Shown here one piece after another: positions 47,112 to 57,510 of a stretch of DNA of 64,000 nucleotides. Where the stretch lies: NCBI GenBank assembly GCA_015233725.1, contig JADFXD010000006.1:5848-69847 (forward strand), read 5' to 3'. The stretch comes from Nitrospirota bacterium. Its GTDB lineage: Bacteria > Nitrospirota > Thermodesulfovibrionia > Thermodesulfovibrionales > Magnetobacteriaceae. The first letter of the stretch is position 1, and each line of letters starts with the position of its first letter. The position numbers and the translations under genes are program-made. The notes beneath the pieces were generated by a model. That model did no database searches. It saw only the letters and a program-made list of their open reading frames with translations, and was not told where the DNA came from.

Positions 47112-48791
47112 ATGTCCATAAACAGACGCCTGCTCCAACAGACAAAGTCACTGCTCAAAAGCGAGCAGGGGACGGTGTACAAGGAACACGGCGGTAAGGT
47201 TAGGGTCTGTCTGTGCTATCCAAACACATACTACGTGGGGATGTCAAACCTGGGAATGCGCATTGTCTATTCGCTACTAAACGCACGTCGCGACGTTGTA
47301 TGTGAGAGGGCATTTCTACCGCAGGATGACACTATTGATGAGTTCTTGCGCACCCGCACGCCACTGTACAGCATGGAGTCCATCACCCCTGTTGCTGATT
47401 TTGACATAGTTGCCTTCTCCGTATCCTTTGAAAACGATTACCCTAACCTATTGAAGCTCCTGAGACTCTCACGCCTGCCTATCTACGCAAAGGACAGAGA
47501 CCACAGGTCCCCCCTGATAATTATGGGCGGCCCATGTGCGCTCCTAAACCCTGAGCCATTGAGCGCCTTTGTAGATATCGTCTTTATAGGTGAGGCAGAG
47601 ACGATGCTGGATGACTTCATCGAGACATACAAGGCCAGTAGCAACAGGGACGAGTTGTTTGATAACCTGAGGGCTATCAGCGGCATATATGTGCCATCAC
47701 GTTATGTCGTCCATTACCACGACGATGGCAGGATCAAAGACAGAACGGGTTATCCGGATGTCATCAGACGCAACTACGTCAAGGACCTCAACGAGCTACC
47801 CCCCCCCACCTGCGGTGACAATAATAGATGGGAACAGATAATAACGCCACAGACCGAGTTCTCCTCGATGTACCTCGTAGAGGCCATGAGGGGATGTCCT
47901 TGGAATTGTAGGTTCTGTGCCGTGAGAAACATCTACGGCCCTCCGCGTAAGAGGGGGCTTGAGTCCTTGACACAACAGATAGAGGGCCTCAGCCAGGGAG
48001 CCAAACAGTGTGGCAGCAGGGTTGGTCTCATCGGGCCGTCTCTGACAGACTATCCCCATATCGGGGAGGTCTTGCGCATGGAGGGCGTTGATTTTTCGAT
48101 CACCTCGTTGCGGGCAAGCAGGCGTTCCTTTGAGCTTATGTCGCTGATGCGCACCAAGAACAGTGTCTCTCTGGCACCTGAGACTGGCTCTGAGCGTCTG
48201 AGACGTGTAATAAATAAACAGATCACCCGAGAAGACATCATAGAGACATCAACCCTTATCTTTAACACAGGCATATCAACACTCAGGCTCTACTTCATGC
48301 TTGGCCTCCCCACCGAAACCGATGACGATGCCCTTGAAACCGTTGCGCTTGTAAGGGAGATCAGAGGAATAACAAAACGTGCAAACATCGTGATGAGTAT
48401 CAGCGTGTTTGTGCCAAAGCCACAGACGCCATTTCAGTGGCACCCAATGGCCACAGGGGAGGTGATCAAGAGGAGGCTCAAGCTCATCAAGGATGGCCTA
48501 AAGGCGGATAACGTAAAGGTGTTTCACGACATCGCGCGATACGCCTACCTGGAGGGCATCTTATCCGTGGGGGACAGGAGGCTCTGCAGGGCGCTTGAGG
48601 GCATGGGCGAGGAGTCGGACTGGAGAAAGGCATGTCAGATGGCCAATATATCGCCTGACTTCTACATCCATCGGCAAAAGCCCCTCGACGAACCACTCCC
48701 CTGGGACTTCATCAACTGCGGCATCACCAAAGATAGGCTGTCAGCAGAATACGAGCAAGGAAGAGAAGAAGGAAAAGAAGAGGGTGGTTAG
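47112..48791 (+). CDS. Radical SAM protein with N-terminal B12-binding-like domain (TIGR03960-like)
   Basis: YPNTYYVGMSNLG; RGCPWNCRFC; LAPETGSERLR; FVPKPQTPFQW. Confidence 0.88.
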   Translation: MSINRRLLQQTKSLLKSEQGTVYKEHGGKVRVCLCYPNTYYVGMSNLGMRIVYSLLNARRDVVCERAFLPQDDTIDEFLRTRTPLYSMESITPVADFDIVAFSVSFENDYPNLLKLLRLSRLPIYAKDRDHRSPLIIMGGPCALLNPEPLSAFVDIVFIGEAETMLDDFIETYKASSNRDELFDNLRAISGIYVPSRYVVHYHDDGRIKDRTGYPDVIRRNYVKDLNELPPPTCGDNNRWEQIITPQTEFSSMYLVEAMRGCPWNCRFCAVRNIYGPPRKRGLESLTQQIEGLSQGAKQCGSRVGLIGPSLTDYPHIGEVLRMEGVDFSITSLRASRRSFELMSLMRTKNSVSLAPETGSERLRRVINKQITREDIIETSTLIFNTGISTLRLYFMLGLPTETDDDALETVALVREIRGITKRANIVMSISVFVPKPQTPFQWHPMATGEVIKRRLKLIKDGLKADNVKVFHDIARYAYLEGILSVGDRRLCRALEGMGEESDWRKACQMANISPDFYIHRQKPLDEPLPWDFINCGITKDRLSAEYEQGREEGKEEGG

Positions 48792-48838
48792 GTTGGGTCG
48801 GGGCAGGGGTGAGTTGTGGCGTGGTTGGATTATGTGTG

Positions 48839-50215
48839 CTATTGATCCAATTGCTTCAGGTAATCGACATAGTCCTTGGTGTCTTTCAGGGCCTTTTTGA
48901 CCATCCGTTTACTGTAAAGACCAAAGGCAGCGTAGAACAGGTCAAGGGACTTCATGTGACTCAAGAAGTGTTCCCAGGAGTAGAACCTCTCCATTGCCTT
49001 TATGGGCTCTACCTGGAGGTGTTGTGGCTTGATCATGGCCGTCTTGTAGACTACGTGGTTGATGTCGTACTTGGACCAATCGGTGTGCAGGAGTCGTTGT
49101 GTTGCCTTAAAGTCCTCATACAGCGCCGTTCCAGGCAGGGGGGTCAGGATCATAAACTGCACCGAGTCAAGGCCACTGTTGATGGAGAACTCGGCAGACT
49201 CCCTGATTGTCTCCACGGTGTCGGCATCGGAGCCAAAGACAAACATGCCGTGTATCTTTATCCCAAGGGCCTTAAGGGCAGTGACGCACCTTACGTTGTC
49301 ATCGACCTTTTGGTGCTTGTTGTAGGCCTTTAGGGCTTCTGCGCTTGTTGACTCAAAGCCAATGGAGGCGGTAAACTTCCCACAGTCAGCCAACAGACGC
49401 AGGAGTTCCTCGTCCCTGTATATATCGGGGCGAACCATGCCAGACCATCGTGGCTTTATGCCATCGGCGATCATATGCCGCAGGATATCCTTGGTTCGTT
49501 TCTTGTTAGCGGCGAAGTTGTCATCAACGAAGAACAGGGGAGACCTCGATACGGCGGATATCCGTCTCAACTCCTCCACCACCCTCTCAACAGAACGAAA
49601 CCTGTATCTCCTGCCAAACATGGGACTTACAAGGCAGAATCGGCAGTTAAAGGCACACCCCCGTGAGGTGGCAATTGGGTGGATGTTAGAGTTCCTCCAA
49701 CCGTGGACTAGGCCGTAGTCGGGGTCGGGCAGTGAATCAAGATCGGCAACAAACTCTCCCTGTGGATTATGGACATCGTTGCCGGCCTTATCCCTGTAGG
49801 ACAGGCTCTTGATTGAGCCCAACGCTGGTGTCCCGCTCTTAAGCGACTCCACAAGTTGCAACAGTGCCGTCTCACCCTCGCCCCTTATCACGAAATTGGC
49901 ATGTTGCAGGGCCTCCCCCGCCATAAAGGTGGGATGCGCCCCACCCATCACCACCGGTATCCCTATCTTTCTGGCCCTGTCTGCCGTCTCATATGCCATG
50001 TGGGCGGTTGATGTAATGGTCGATATACACAAGAGGTCTGACCTCTCAATGAAAGGCCAGTCCGGCTTACGGATGTCCTCGATGAACGTCTTTACCTCAT
50101 ATCCCTTCTGTCTCAGCAGGGTTGACAGTAAAACCGCCCCCACGCGTGGTATGGGAAATCTCCTGAATATATTTGACTGCGGAGACCTCGTCTCTATAAA
50201 CGCTATTGTCTTCAT
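48839..50215 (-). CDS. B12-binding radical SAM protein (class B type)
   Basis: MGGAHPT, SRGCAFNCRFC, FVDDNF, IGFES and TPLPGT. Confidence 0.9.
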   Translation of the reverse strand: MKTIAFIETRSPQSNIFRRFPIPRVGAVLLSTLLRQKGYEVKTFIEDIRKPDWPFIERSDLLCISTITSTAHMAYETADRARKIGIPVVMGGAHPTFMAGEALQHANFVIRGEGETALLQLVESLKSGTPALGSIKSLSYRDKAGNDVHNPQGEFVADLDSLPDPDYGLVHGWRNSNIHPIATSRGCAFNCRFCLVSPMFGRRYRFRSVERVVEELRRISAVSRSPLFFVDDNFAANKKRTKDILRHMIADGIKPRWSGMVRPDIYRDEELLRLLADCGKFTASIGFESTSAEALKAYNKHQKVDDNVRCVTALKALGIKIHGMFVFGSDADTVETIRESAEFSINSGLDSVQFMILTPLPGTALYEDFKATQRLLHTDWSKYDINHVVYKTAMIKPQHLQVEPIKAMERFYSWEHFLSHMKSLDLFYAAFGLYSKRMVKKALKDTKDYVDYLKQLDQ

Positions 50216-50401
50216 CCCTTTATCATGTCAACATTAACTATACTACAGTTGCACACACTTTGACAAGGCTTAATAGTCCACCCTTCACACATAAAGTTAA
50301 AAAGCAAAGCCCTCCCTTCTCTTAGAGGGTTGGTTATTCCTCTCCGTCAAATGCGATTGTCTTGGGTTGTGTTTTAGGCATTGAGGGTGTATAATATATC
50401 T

Positions 50402-50929
50402 ATGGCATTGACGTTACCAATAGACGTATATGAGGCCTTTGAAAAGGGGCTCGGTTATGAAGAGGGCAAACATGTCGTGAAGGCCTTTGAGACGGCGATC
50501 TCAGATATCACCGATTACAAGTGGAAAACCAACAAGGAAGATATCTTGTCAGAGATAAGAAACGAGTTCTCTGAGCTGAGAAAAGAGATGGATAGGAAGT
50601 TCGCCGATGTGGATAGGAAATTCGCCGATGTGGATAGGAAGTTCGCCGAGATGGATAAGAAGTTCACCGAACTAATAGAGAGGAAGTTCTCGGAAGTTGA
50701 TAAGAAGTTTGCTGAACTGGATAAGAAGTTTGCTACAAAGGCTGACCTGGCCTTGCTCGAAAGCAGGGTGAATGAACGGTTTACCCGCATTGAAGGTAGA
50801 ATGGACGCTGAGTTTAAGGCATTGCGTCTTGAGATGAAGATATTCTTTCTGGTTATCATATTCCTGATGCTTGCCACCAATCCAAGGGCACTTGACATGA
50901 TAGGCAAGGTACTCGGGCTGGTGAAATAG
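50402..50929 (+). CDS. Coiled-coil protein with C-terminal TM anchor (DUF1640/CCDC90-like) and heptad tandem repeats
   Basis: (DRKFADV)n; ATKADL; hydrophobic C-terminus; TATAAT 6 nt before ATG 50402. Confidence 0.75.
   Translation: MALTLPIDVYEAFEKGLGYEEGKHVVKAFETAISDITDYKWKTNKEDILSEIRNEFSELRKEMDRKFADVDRKFADVDRKFAEMDKKFTELIERKFSEVDKKFAELDKKFATKADLALLESRVNERFTRIEGRMDAEFKALRLEMKIFFLVIIFLMLATNPRALDMIGKVLGLVK
50588..50666 (+). repeat. 21-bp coding tandem repeat (GTGGATAGGAAGTTCGCCGAT)n
   Basis: 3-4 near-identical units; further degenerate units to ~50732. Confidence 0.9.
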
Positions 50930-50930
50930 T

Positions 50931-50952
50931 TGGAGGGATTTAAGCCCCTCCA
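50931..50952. terminator. Hairpin TGGAGGG-8nt-CCCTCCA, probable terminator between convergent genes
   Basis: 7-bp stem right after the stop at 50929; no strong U-tract. Confidence 0.5.
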
Positions 50953-51001
50953 GTCGTTGTATTAATTTTCGATGTTTTGATATTACTGTGTTTAAACACC
51001 T

Positions 51002-51091
51002 TTAGAAATATATTTTCACAACGATGTCTATTATGGTCAAAACGATGTTTATTAACTCGATAATGGCCAAAAAGATATGTATTGAAATCAT
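51002..51091 (-). CDS. Unannotated 29-aa hydrophobic peptide MISIHIFLAIIELINIVLTIIDIVVKIYF
   Basis: ATG with upstream GAGG; promoter TTGACA(51195-51190)-17-TATATT with a TG extension; downstream hairpin. Confidence 0.55.
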   Translation of the reverse strand: MISIHIFLAIIELINIVLTIIDIVVKIYF

Positions 51092-51251
51092 TTTTTTTTC
51101 CTCACATATCTATAGAGTATTTTTGGTAACTGTTTTGGTTAATTGAAAACTAACCTTTAACCCTTTAATATAGCACATATAAAAATAATTTGTCAATATC
51201 AAAATAATTTTGATAGACTTGCTTATTGAATCATTCTCAGGGGGTATTTTT

Positions 51252-52508
51252 ATGGACTTAAGGCAGTACGTCGTAGACAAGGCAATTGAGGCAAGGGAGG
51301 GTGCCCGTGGGCTGGCCAAGGCATCCGGAGCAATAAAGAAGAAGGCGCTCGTTGGTATGGCCGAGGCGGTCCGCAGCAATCGTGCGGCGCTCATCAGCGA
51401 AAACACCAAGGACGTTGACGCAGGCAGGCAGAAAGGGCTCTCTGGGGCCATGATCGATAGATTGACCCTCAACGACAAACGCATAGAAGAGATGGCCGTG
51501 GGGTTACTTGAGGTCTCCGAGCTGAAGGACCCCGTGGGGGAGATCACCAATCTCCAGAGGAGACCAAACGACATGATGGTTGGCAAGATGCGCGTACCAA
51601 TTGGGGTGGTGTGCATCATCTACGAGTCGCGCCCAAACGTCACGGCGGATGCTGCAGGGCTGTGCCTGATGGCCGGTAACGCCGTGATCCTCAAGGGCGG
51701 CTCCGAGGCTATACACTCAAACATGGCAATTGTCTCACTGCTGCGCCAGGCGCTCGTCGCAGAGGGACTCAACCCAGGGGCGGTCACCTTTATCGACAAC
51801 ACGCAACGAGCAGCCGTGATGGAACTGATCAAGCTCGAAGGCCTCATCGACCTGATCATCCCACGAGGCGGGGAGGGACTCATCAGGTCGGTCACTGAAA
51901 ACTCACGTATCCCCGTGCTTAAGCACTACAAGGGTGTCTGCCACGTCTTTGTCGATGCCCACGCAGACCTCAAAATGGCAGCGGATATATGCTTTAACGC
52001 CAAGGTCCAACGTCCAGGCACCTGTAACGCGATGGAGACCATGCTGGTTGACTCCGCCATAGCCGCGGAGTTTCTGCCTCCCATGACAGAGCGTTTCCTG
52101 AAGGCCTCCGTGGAGCTCCTTGGCTGCCCGCAGACGATCAAGCTCGCCCCGCAGGTAAAACCCCTTTCAGAGCAAGACTACTACAACGAGTATCTATCGC
52201 TGAAGCTAAACATTCGTGTCGTAGGCACAATGGATGAGGCCATCGAGCACATCGCGACCTACAGCTCCAATCACACCGACACCATCGTCACCGACAACTA
52301 CCAACGGGCCATGAGATTTCTGCGCGAGGTTGACTCCGCCGCGGTGCTCGTAAATGCCTCAACACGCCTCAACGACGGTGGGCAGTTTGGCCTCGGCGCC
52401 GAAATCGGGATATCCACAGACAAGATACACGCCCGCGGCCCTATGGGGATCGAGGAGCTGACATGCAACAAGTTTATAGTCCTTGGCAACGGTCAACTCA
52501 GAGGATAA
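51252..52508 (+). CDS. proA: Gamma-glutamyl phosphate reductase
   Basis: IIYESRPNVT, IPRGG, CNAMET, VNASTR and KIHARGPMG. Confidence 0.98.
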   Translation: MDLRQYVVDKAIEAREGARGLAKASGAIKKKALVGMAEAVRSNRAALISENTKDVDAGRQKGLSGAMIDRLTLNDKRIEEMAVGLLEVSELKDPVGEITNLQRRPNDMMVGKMRVPIGVVCIIYESRPNVTADAAGLCLMAGNAVILKGGSEAIHSNMAIVSLLRQALVAEGLNPGAVTFIDNTQRAAVMELIKLEGLIDLIIPRGGEGLIRSVTENSRIPVLKHYKGVCHVFVDAHADLKMAADICFNAKVQRPGTCNAMETMLVDSAIAAEFLPPMTERFLKASVELLGCPQTIKLAPQVKPLSEQDYYNEYLSLKLNIRVVGTMDEAIEHIATYSSNHTDTIVTDNYQRAMRFLREVDSAAVLVNASTRLNDGGQFGLGAEIGISTDKIHARGPMGIEELTCNKFIVLGNGQLRG

Positions 52509-52527
52509 ACGCACGGCTAAAAAGAGA

Positions 52528-52615
52528 AGGAGGGGCAAGGAGCATCCTGGAGCGGTAAAGAACCAGGAGCGTGCCTTGAGCGGTAAAGAAGCGGCTCCGC
52601 CCTCCTTTTTTTTCT
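52528..52615 (+). repeat. Partial family A copy (second hairpin, with a duplicated GAGCGGTAAAGAA insert)
   Basis: AGGAGGGGC…GCCCTCCTTTTTT; insert shared with the copies at 5245, 58477 and 59239. Confidence 0.75.
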
Positions 52616-52642
52616 TCTTAAAAACCGGTCAAGGACACATTT

Positions 52643-54660
52643 TTACTGTATTACCCAATCGGATGACATTACTCCACTGCTGACAGAGCCAGAGACTGAA
52701 GTAGCGTTCATAAGCCAGGTCACAACCTCTCCATTGGTATTCTGCCAGAGGATATCAACCTTTGCATCGCTATTGAACTTGCCAAGCCCCTTAAATACCC
52801 AGCTCGAATCCAGACCACCAGGAGTTCCAGTCCACGTTATTGTGGCGCCATTCATAGTCCAGATTGCCAACTGTCCACTTGTGGTGTTCTGCCACAGTAT
52901 CTGCACCTTTGCTCCACCATCGAATGCAGCCGCACCTCTGTATGCCCATCCTGAAGGAGGTAAACCTACGATAGAGCCTGATCCTATATTAGGGCCGTTC
53001 ATTATCCACATAGCAATCTGGCCGGTGTTTGGGCCTGCCACAGGATGTCATCTGTGCCATCGCCGTTAAAGTCAGAGATACCCTTGAACTGCCACGTTAA
53101 AGGCAACGATCTGACTACCCACGCCCCTGATGCTATTGTAGCGCCGCTCATTTGCCATACGGCGACATCACCTGTCCTGGTATTCTGCCATAATACACTG
53201 GCAGTAGTTGCACCGAACTTGCCTGTTCCAAGCAGCCTCCAGTCGGAATTGTTTCCAAGCGATACAGGGGCGCCATTGAAGGTCACAACTGAAGCGGTTA
53301 CGGACATACCATCAGAGGAGGTTATCCACATAGCCAATGCCCCGCTTGAGTGTTGCCAGAGGATATCTGCCCTGCCATCCCCGTTGAAGTCGGCAATGGC
53401 CGTTATAGTCCACCCCGATGGCGCAACTCCGTATGTAGTGGCGCTTGAGTATTTACCGTTGGCCATAAACCACACTGCCACTAGGCCTGATGAGCTATTC
53501 TGCCAAAGTATGTCACTGACTCCGTCGCCGTTGAAATCGCCCTTGTAGGCGATCCCGTTAGAAGCTGATGGAGTTGGTGTCGGGGTTGGCGTTGGGGAGG
53601 AGACAGATGGATCAAATACGGTAACATCGTATGTAAAAGTCCTCGACGCCCCGTTGATGACAACGTTGGCAACCGTAACTGTGTAAGTTGTATCGTTAGA
53701 TGGTTTAGGCCAATTAGCTGAATCGTTGAGGTTCATAGGTATCCATACCAGGGTGTTTTCTCCGTAGCCATTTTGTACCTGGCTTAGTGCAACGGCAATA
53801 TTATTACCGCCGGAGGTCATAGACACTGTAGCGCTTGAGAGATCAGCATTTGCATAGGAGAAAGACCATCTTGCAAACACAACCTGATATGGAACATACC
53901 CCTTAGGCGGCCATGCGACAAACTCCTCTCGTGTAGTGGGACGCGGCCCCCAGATATTAGAATCCATGACCCATAAGGCATTTGCCTTGAAATAACTACC
54001 TACGCTAGGAATATCTCCAGTGCCCATGACCTGAGTCTGAGGATATAGAATCCAACGTCTATGTCCAACAAAAGAATTACCTGAACCAGGGTCTTGTATA
54101 TATCCTGAGATAGCGCTAACAGAGTTGACCCCTAAGAACAAGTTTGAATGTCCTGCTGCCTCGGCTCCATTGGCCGTATAACATGTCCAGGTAGATGGTG
54201 GGATGTGATTTAACGCATTGTTAACACTCATCATCAGCGCAGCCTCTTGAGCCTTGGCGCTATAAGTATCCGAGAATGTTATAATGGCAGGGACACCAGC
54301 CATTGCCCTGAAATAGTTTATCCGCTGTGCGATTGCATCTCGAAAGTCCTGTGCCGTGGTGCCTGCATTACAGGATTGGTGATTACCGTTCCAGCTTATT
54401 GCAGGCTCATTGACGACGTAGTAGGTATTATAAAAGTTTGTGGACTCATCGCGATTTTGTGGATTTACACTAAGGGACTGTGCCTGTGAAACAGACTCTT
54501 CCGTTAAGCCAAAGGGTGACAGGTTCCCTGGGAAAACAGGTGGCTCTCCAAGAGCATAACCGTAAGCAAAAGGCAAGAGCAAAACCATCGTAAATAACTG
54601 ACATGCTGCTATAAACAACAGACACAGCGCCTTGTTTCCTAACCTATCTTTAACTCCCAT
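52643..54660 (-). pseudogene. Secreted CAP/SCP-domain + FG-GAP protein, split by a 1-nt frameshift near 53035
   Basis: INYFRAMAG and GHRRWIL (CAP); PT linker; repeats continue across frames: …DDILWQ | (D)PNTGQIAMWIMNG. Confidence 0.8.
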
Positions 54661-54806
54661 TTAATTCCTCCTTCTCCATTGTGATGCGTTAAACATCTTT
54701 ATATTCTATACACTAACAAAGACAATATTCAACCCCAAAAAAATATTTTAAAAGCTCCCATATCTCAGTAAGGCGATCGAGTCAAAGAATGGGGATTGAG
54801 TATTAT

Positions 54807-54873
54807 GGGGTCAAGGGCACTGACGCCCTTGCAGGGGAGGTCAAGGAGGGGGCGGAGCCCCCTCTTCTCTTCT
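54807..54873 (+). repeat. Repeat family A copy
   Basis: GGGGTCAAGGGCACTGACGCCCTTGCAGGGGAGGTCAAGGAGGGGGCGGAGCCCCCTC. Confidence 0.9.
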
Positions 54874-54927
54874 TGCTTTGCTTTGAGGTATAATTATAAT
54901 AAACCACAAAGGAGGGTTTTATAGACA

Positions 54928-55923
54928 ATGCTTGATGGTGGGATAGCGGCTATTAACGAGAAGGTACAAAGGGAGAGTGCATTTGTTTCGCTCTTGCTTT
55001 CCGAGATAGAGAAGGTCATCGTTGGTCAGAGGTACTTGCTTGAGCGGCTGCTGGTTGGACTCTTCGCCAACGGACATGTACTGTTGGAGGGGGTGCCGGG
55101 GTTGGCCAAGACCACCGCGGTGCGCGTCCTTGCCCAGACCATCCAGACAGGCTTTAAGCGCATCCAGTTCACCCCGGACCTGCTTCCAGCCGATATCCTT
55201 GGCACTATGGTGTATAACCCAAAGGATGCTACCTTCTCGGTGAAGAAGGGGCCGATATTTTCCAATATAATCCTGGCTGATGAGATCAACCGTGCCCCGG
55301 CCAAGGTCCAGAGCGCCCTGCTAGAGGCCATGCAGGAGCGACAGGTGACCATCGGCGATGATACGTTCAAGCTGCAGGAACCATTTCTGGTGCTGGCCAC
55401 CCAAAACCCCATCGAACAGGAGGGCACCTACCCCCTGCCAGAGGCCCAGATGGACAGGTTCATGCTCAAGGTCAAGGTCGATTATCCAAGCAAGGAGGAC
55501 GAACTGACCATACTCAAGCGCATGGCCTTTACATCAAAGGAGATAAAGAGCTACCCCATAGTCAAGCCCATCGACATACTCAATGCCCGCATGGTCGTTG
55601 ACGAAATATACATGGACGAAAAGATAGAACGCTACATCATCGACATAGTCTTTGCAACCAGAGACCCCGCCCAGTACAAGCTCCAGCAGCTCCGCCCACT
55701 GATCCAATACGGGGCATCTACGCGGGCGACGATCTATCTCGTCCTTGCGGCAAAGGCCTACGCCTTTATCCAGGGCCGTGGGTTTGTCACCCCACAGGAT
55801 GTCAAGTCCATTGGCCTGGATGTCCTGAGGCACAGGGTCATTGTCAGCTACGAGGCCGAGGCCGAGGACAAGACCTCCGAGGATATCATCAGGACAATCT
55901 TTGACAAGCTGGAGGTTCCCTAA
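54928..55923 (+). CDS. MoxR-family AAA+ ATPase
   Basis: LEGVPGLAKT, RIQFTPDLLPAD, DEINRAPAKVQSALLEAM and EGTYPLPEAQMDRF. Confidence 0.96.
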   Translation: MLDGGIAAINEKVQRESAFVSLLLSEIEKVIVGQRYLLERLLVGLFANGHVLLEGVPGLAKTTAVRVLAQTIQTGFKRIQFTPDLLPADILGTMVYNPKDATFSVKKGPIFSNIILADEINRAPAKVQSALLEAMQERQVTIGDDTFKLQEPFLVLATQNPIEQEGTYPLPEAQMDRFMLKVKVDYPSKEDELTILKRMAFTSKEIKSYPIVKPIDILNARMVVDEIYMDEKIERYIIDIVFATRDPAQYKLQQLRPLIQYGASTRATIYLVLAAKAYAFIQGRGFVTPQDVKSIGLDVLRHRVIVSYEAEAEDKTSEDIIRTIFDKLEVP

Positions 55924-55994
55924 TGGTCTGGCACAAAATAATTGTAATAGCTTGCATTGTTTTTTCTCGCGATTACGCATGCATATATCTGTGA

Positions 55995-57510
55995 TTTGAT
56001 ATGCTTATTTCATGACAAGCCCTAAGGTTGTAAGAATATTTGTACTTCAGGATATTTTTCATAAGTCAGCTTATAATGCTGACTTCAATAAAGACACAGT
56101 TGTTCCAAAGGAGACGCTTCGTTTGATAATCTAAAACTGGCTATTGACAACATCATTTATCCGTATGGTACTATTAATCTATATGTATATTTTAGAACTG
56201 AAAAGTGCAAAATTATAGGGAATGAGTAAACTTTCTGTTGTGATTCATCTCAGCTGAATGGTATGAGGAGTAAGTTTAATGAATAAGAGGGTTGTACCTG
56301 TTTATAGTGAATATCTGACAATTAATGAACCAGCCTTACGGATTATTTCTCCTTGGCGTATGCCTGACGGAGACGAACTTTTCGTTAATGGAGTAATATA
56401 TAGCAACGAAGAATTAAGCAGGGGATGGGTATCTACTGAAACCGGCTCAGAGTTGACTATTAAAGATTACGCAGGTCCGCAGTTGGACAAAACATCGTAT
56501 TGTTATATCAAAGAGTTTTTCTGTACATTGAAAAACTATTATCTGGAAAGGCAAATAATTTCCAGCGGTTGGTATCAGTTTGTCCTTAATTTGCATTTTA
56601 TTTTCGGCGATACCATTTACGATTATGATGTCATTTTAGACGACAAGTATGAAGTACTTAAAGATATATCCCCAAACGACTTAATGTTTCATAATGATAT
56701 CGATAGGTATTTAAGTGTTGGAGACTCGGCACTTCGCTCCATAAACATTGGATTAATAGCCGCACGAAAAGTGTCGGTAAATAAAATACTTGACATGCCT
56801 TGCGGCCACGGCAGGGTGTTAAGAACTTTGAAATCAGCTTTCCCCGATGCGCTGATTACAGCTTGTGACTTAGACAGAGATGCCGTCGATTTTTGTACGA
56901 AATATTTCTCTGCCATCCCCCTTTATTCTAAAGAAATAATTGAGCAAATTCGCATAAAAGATAAGTATGACTTAATATGGTGCGGCTCATTGTTTACTCA
57001 TTTGGACAGTAAACGATGGGATAGCTTACTTAATTTATTTAGTTCTTCACTTGAAACCGGCGGAATTTTGGTGTTTACCGTCCATGGTATTCATGCTGTT
57101 CATTTGATACGCAACTGTAATAGGGATTTTGGCCTCGAGCCCTTTAAATTACCCGAAATGCTGGAAGAGTTTGACAACAGCGGATTTGCATATTTGGATT
57201 ATCCAGGGGCGGCAAACTGGGGAATATCCTTGTCATCGCCAACTTGGGTGATGTCGCAGCTCCAGAAAATACGGCAATTACAAGTTGTAATGTTTACAGA
57301 AATAGGTTGGACCCATTTTCAGGATGTCATAGTTTGTACAAAACTGAAGCTACCATAGTGGGTAGTACTGCACATTGTATGGGCTGTCTGAAATAACTGT
57401 CTGTCATCTGCCGTCAGGAACCAATGGAATAAGATTGAGGATTGTTTGTTTTTATTCATAAGTCAGGATTGATGAGGTTTGATACACTTATTTCATGACA
57501 AACCCTAGGG
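55995..57510. mobile_element. AT-rich islet bounded by 33-bp direct repeats (55995-56027 and 57478-57510)
   Basis: TTTGATATGCTTATTTCATGACAAGCCCTAAGG vs TTTGATACACTTATTTCATGACAAACCCTAGGG (29/33); separates moxR from DUF58. Confidence 0.65.
56279..57358 (+). CDS. Class I SAM-dependent methyltransferase with an unknown N-terminal domain
   Basis: ILDMPCGHGR motif I; YDLIWCGSLFTHL; LETGGILVF. Confidence 0.85.
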   Translation: MNKRVVPVYSEYLTINEPALRIISPWRMPDGDELFVNGVIYSNEELSRGWVSTETGSELTIKDYAGPQLDKTSYCYIKEFFCTLKNYYLERQIISSGWYQFVLNLHFIFGDTIYDYDVILDDKYEVLKDISPNDLMFHNDIDRYLSVGDSALRSINIGLIAARKVSVNKILDMPCGHGRVLRTLKSAFPDALITACDLDRDAVDFCTKYFSAIPLYSKEIIEQIRIKDKYDLIWCGSLFTHLDSKRWDSLLNLFSSSLETGGILVFTVHGIHAVHLIRNCNRDFGLEPFKLPEMLEEFDNSGFAYLDYPGAANWGISLSSPTWVMSQLQKIRQLQVVMFTEIGWTHFQDVIVCTKLKLP

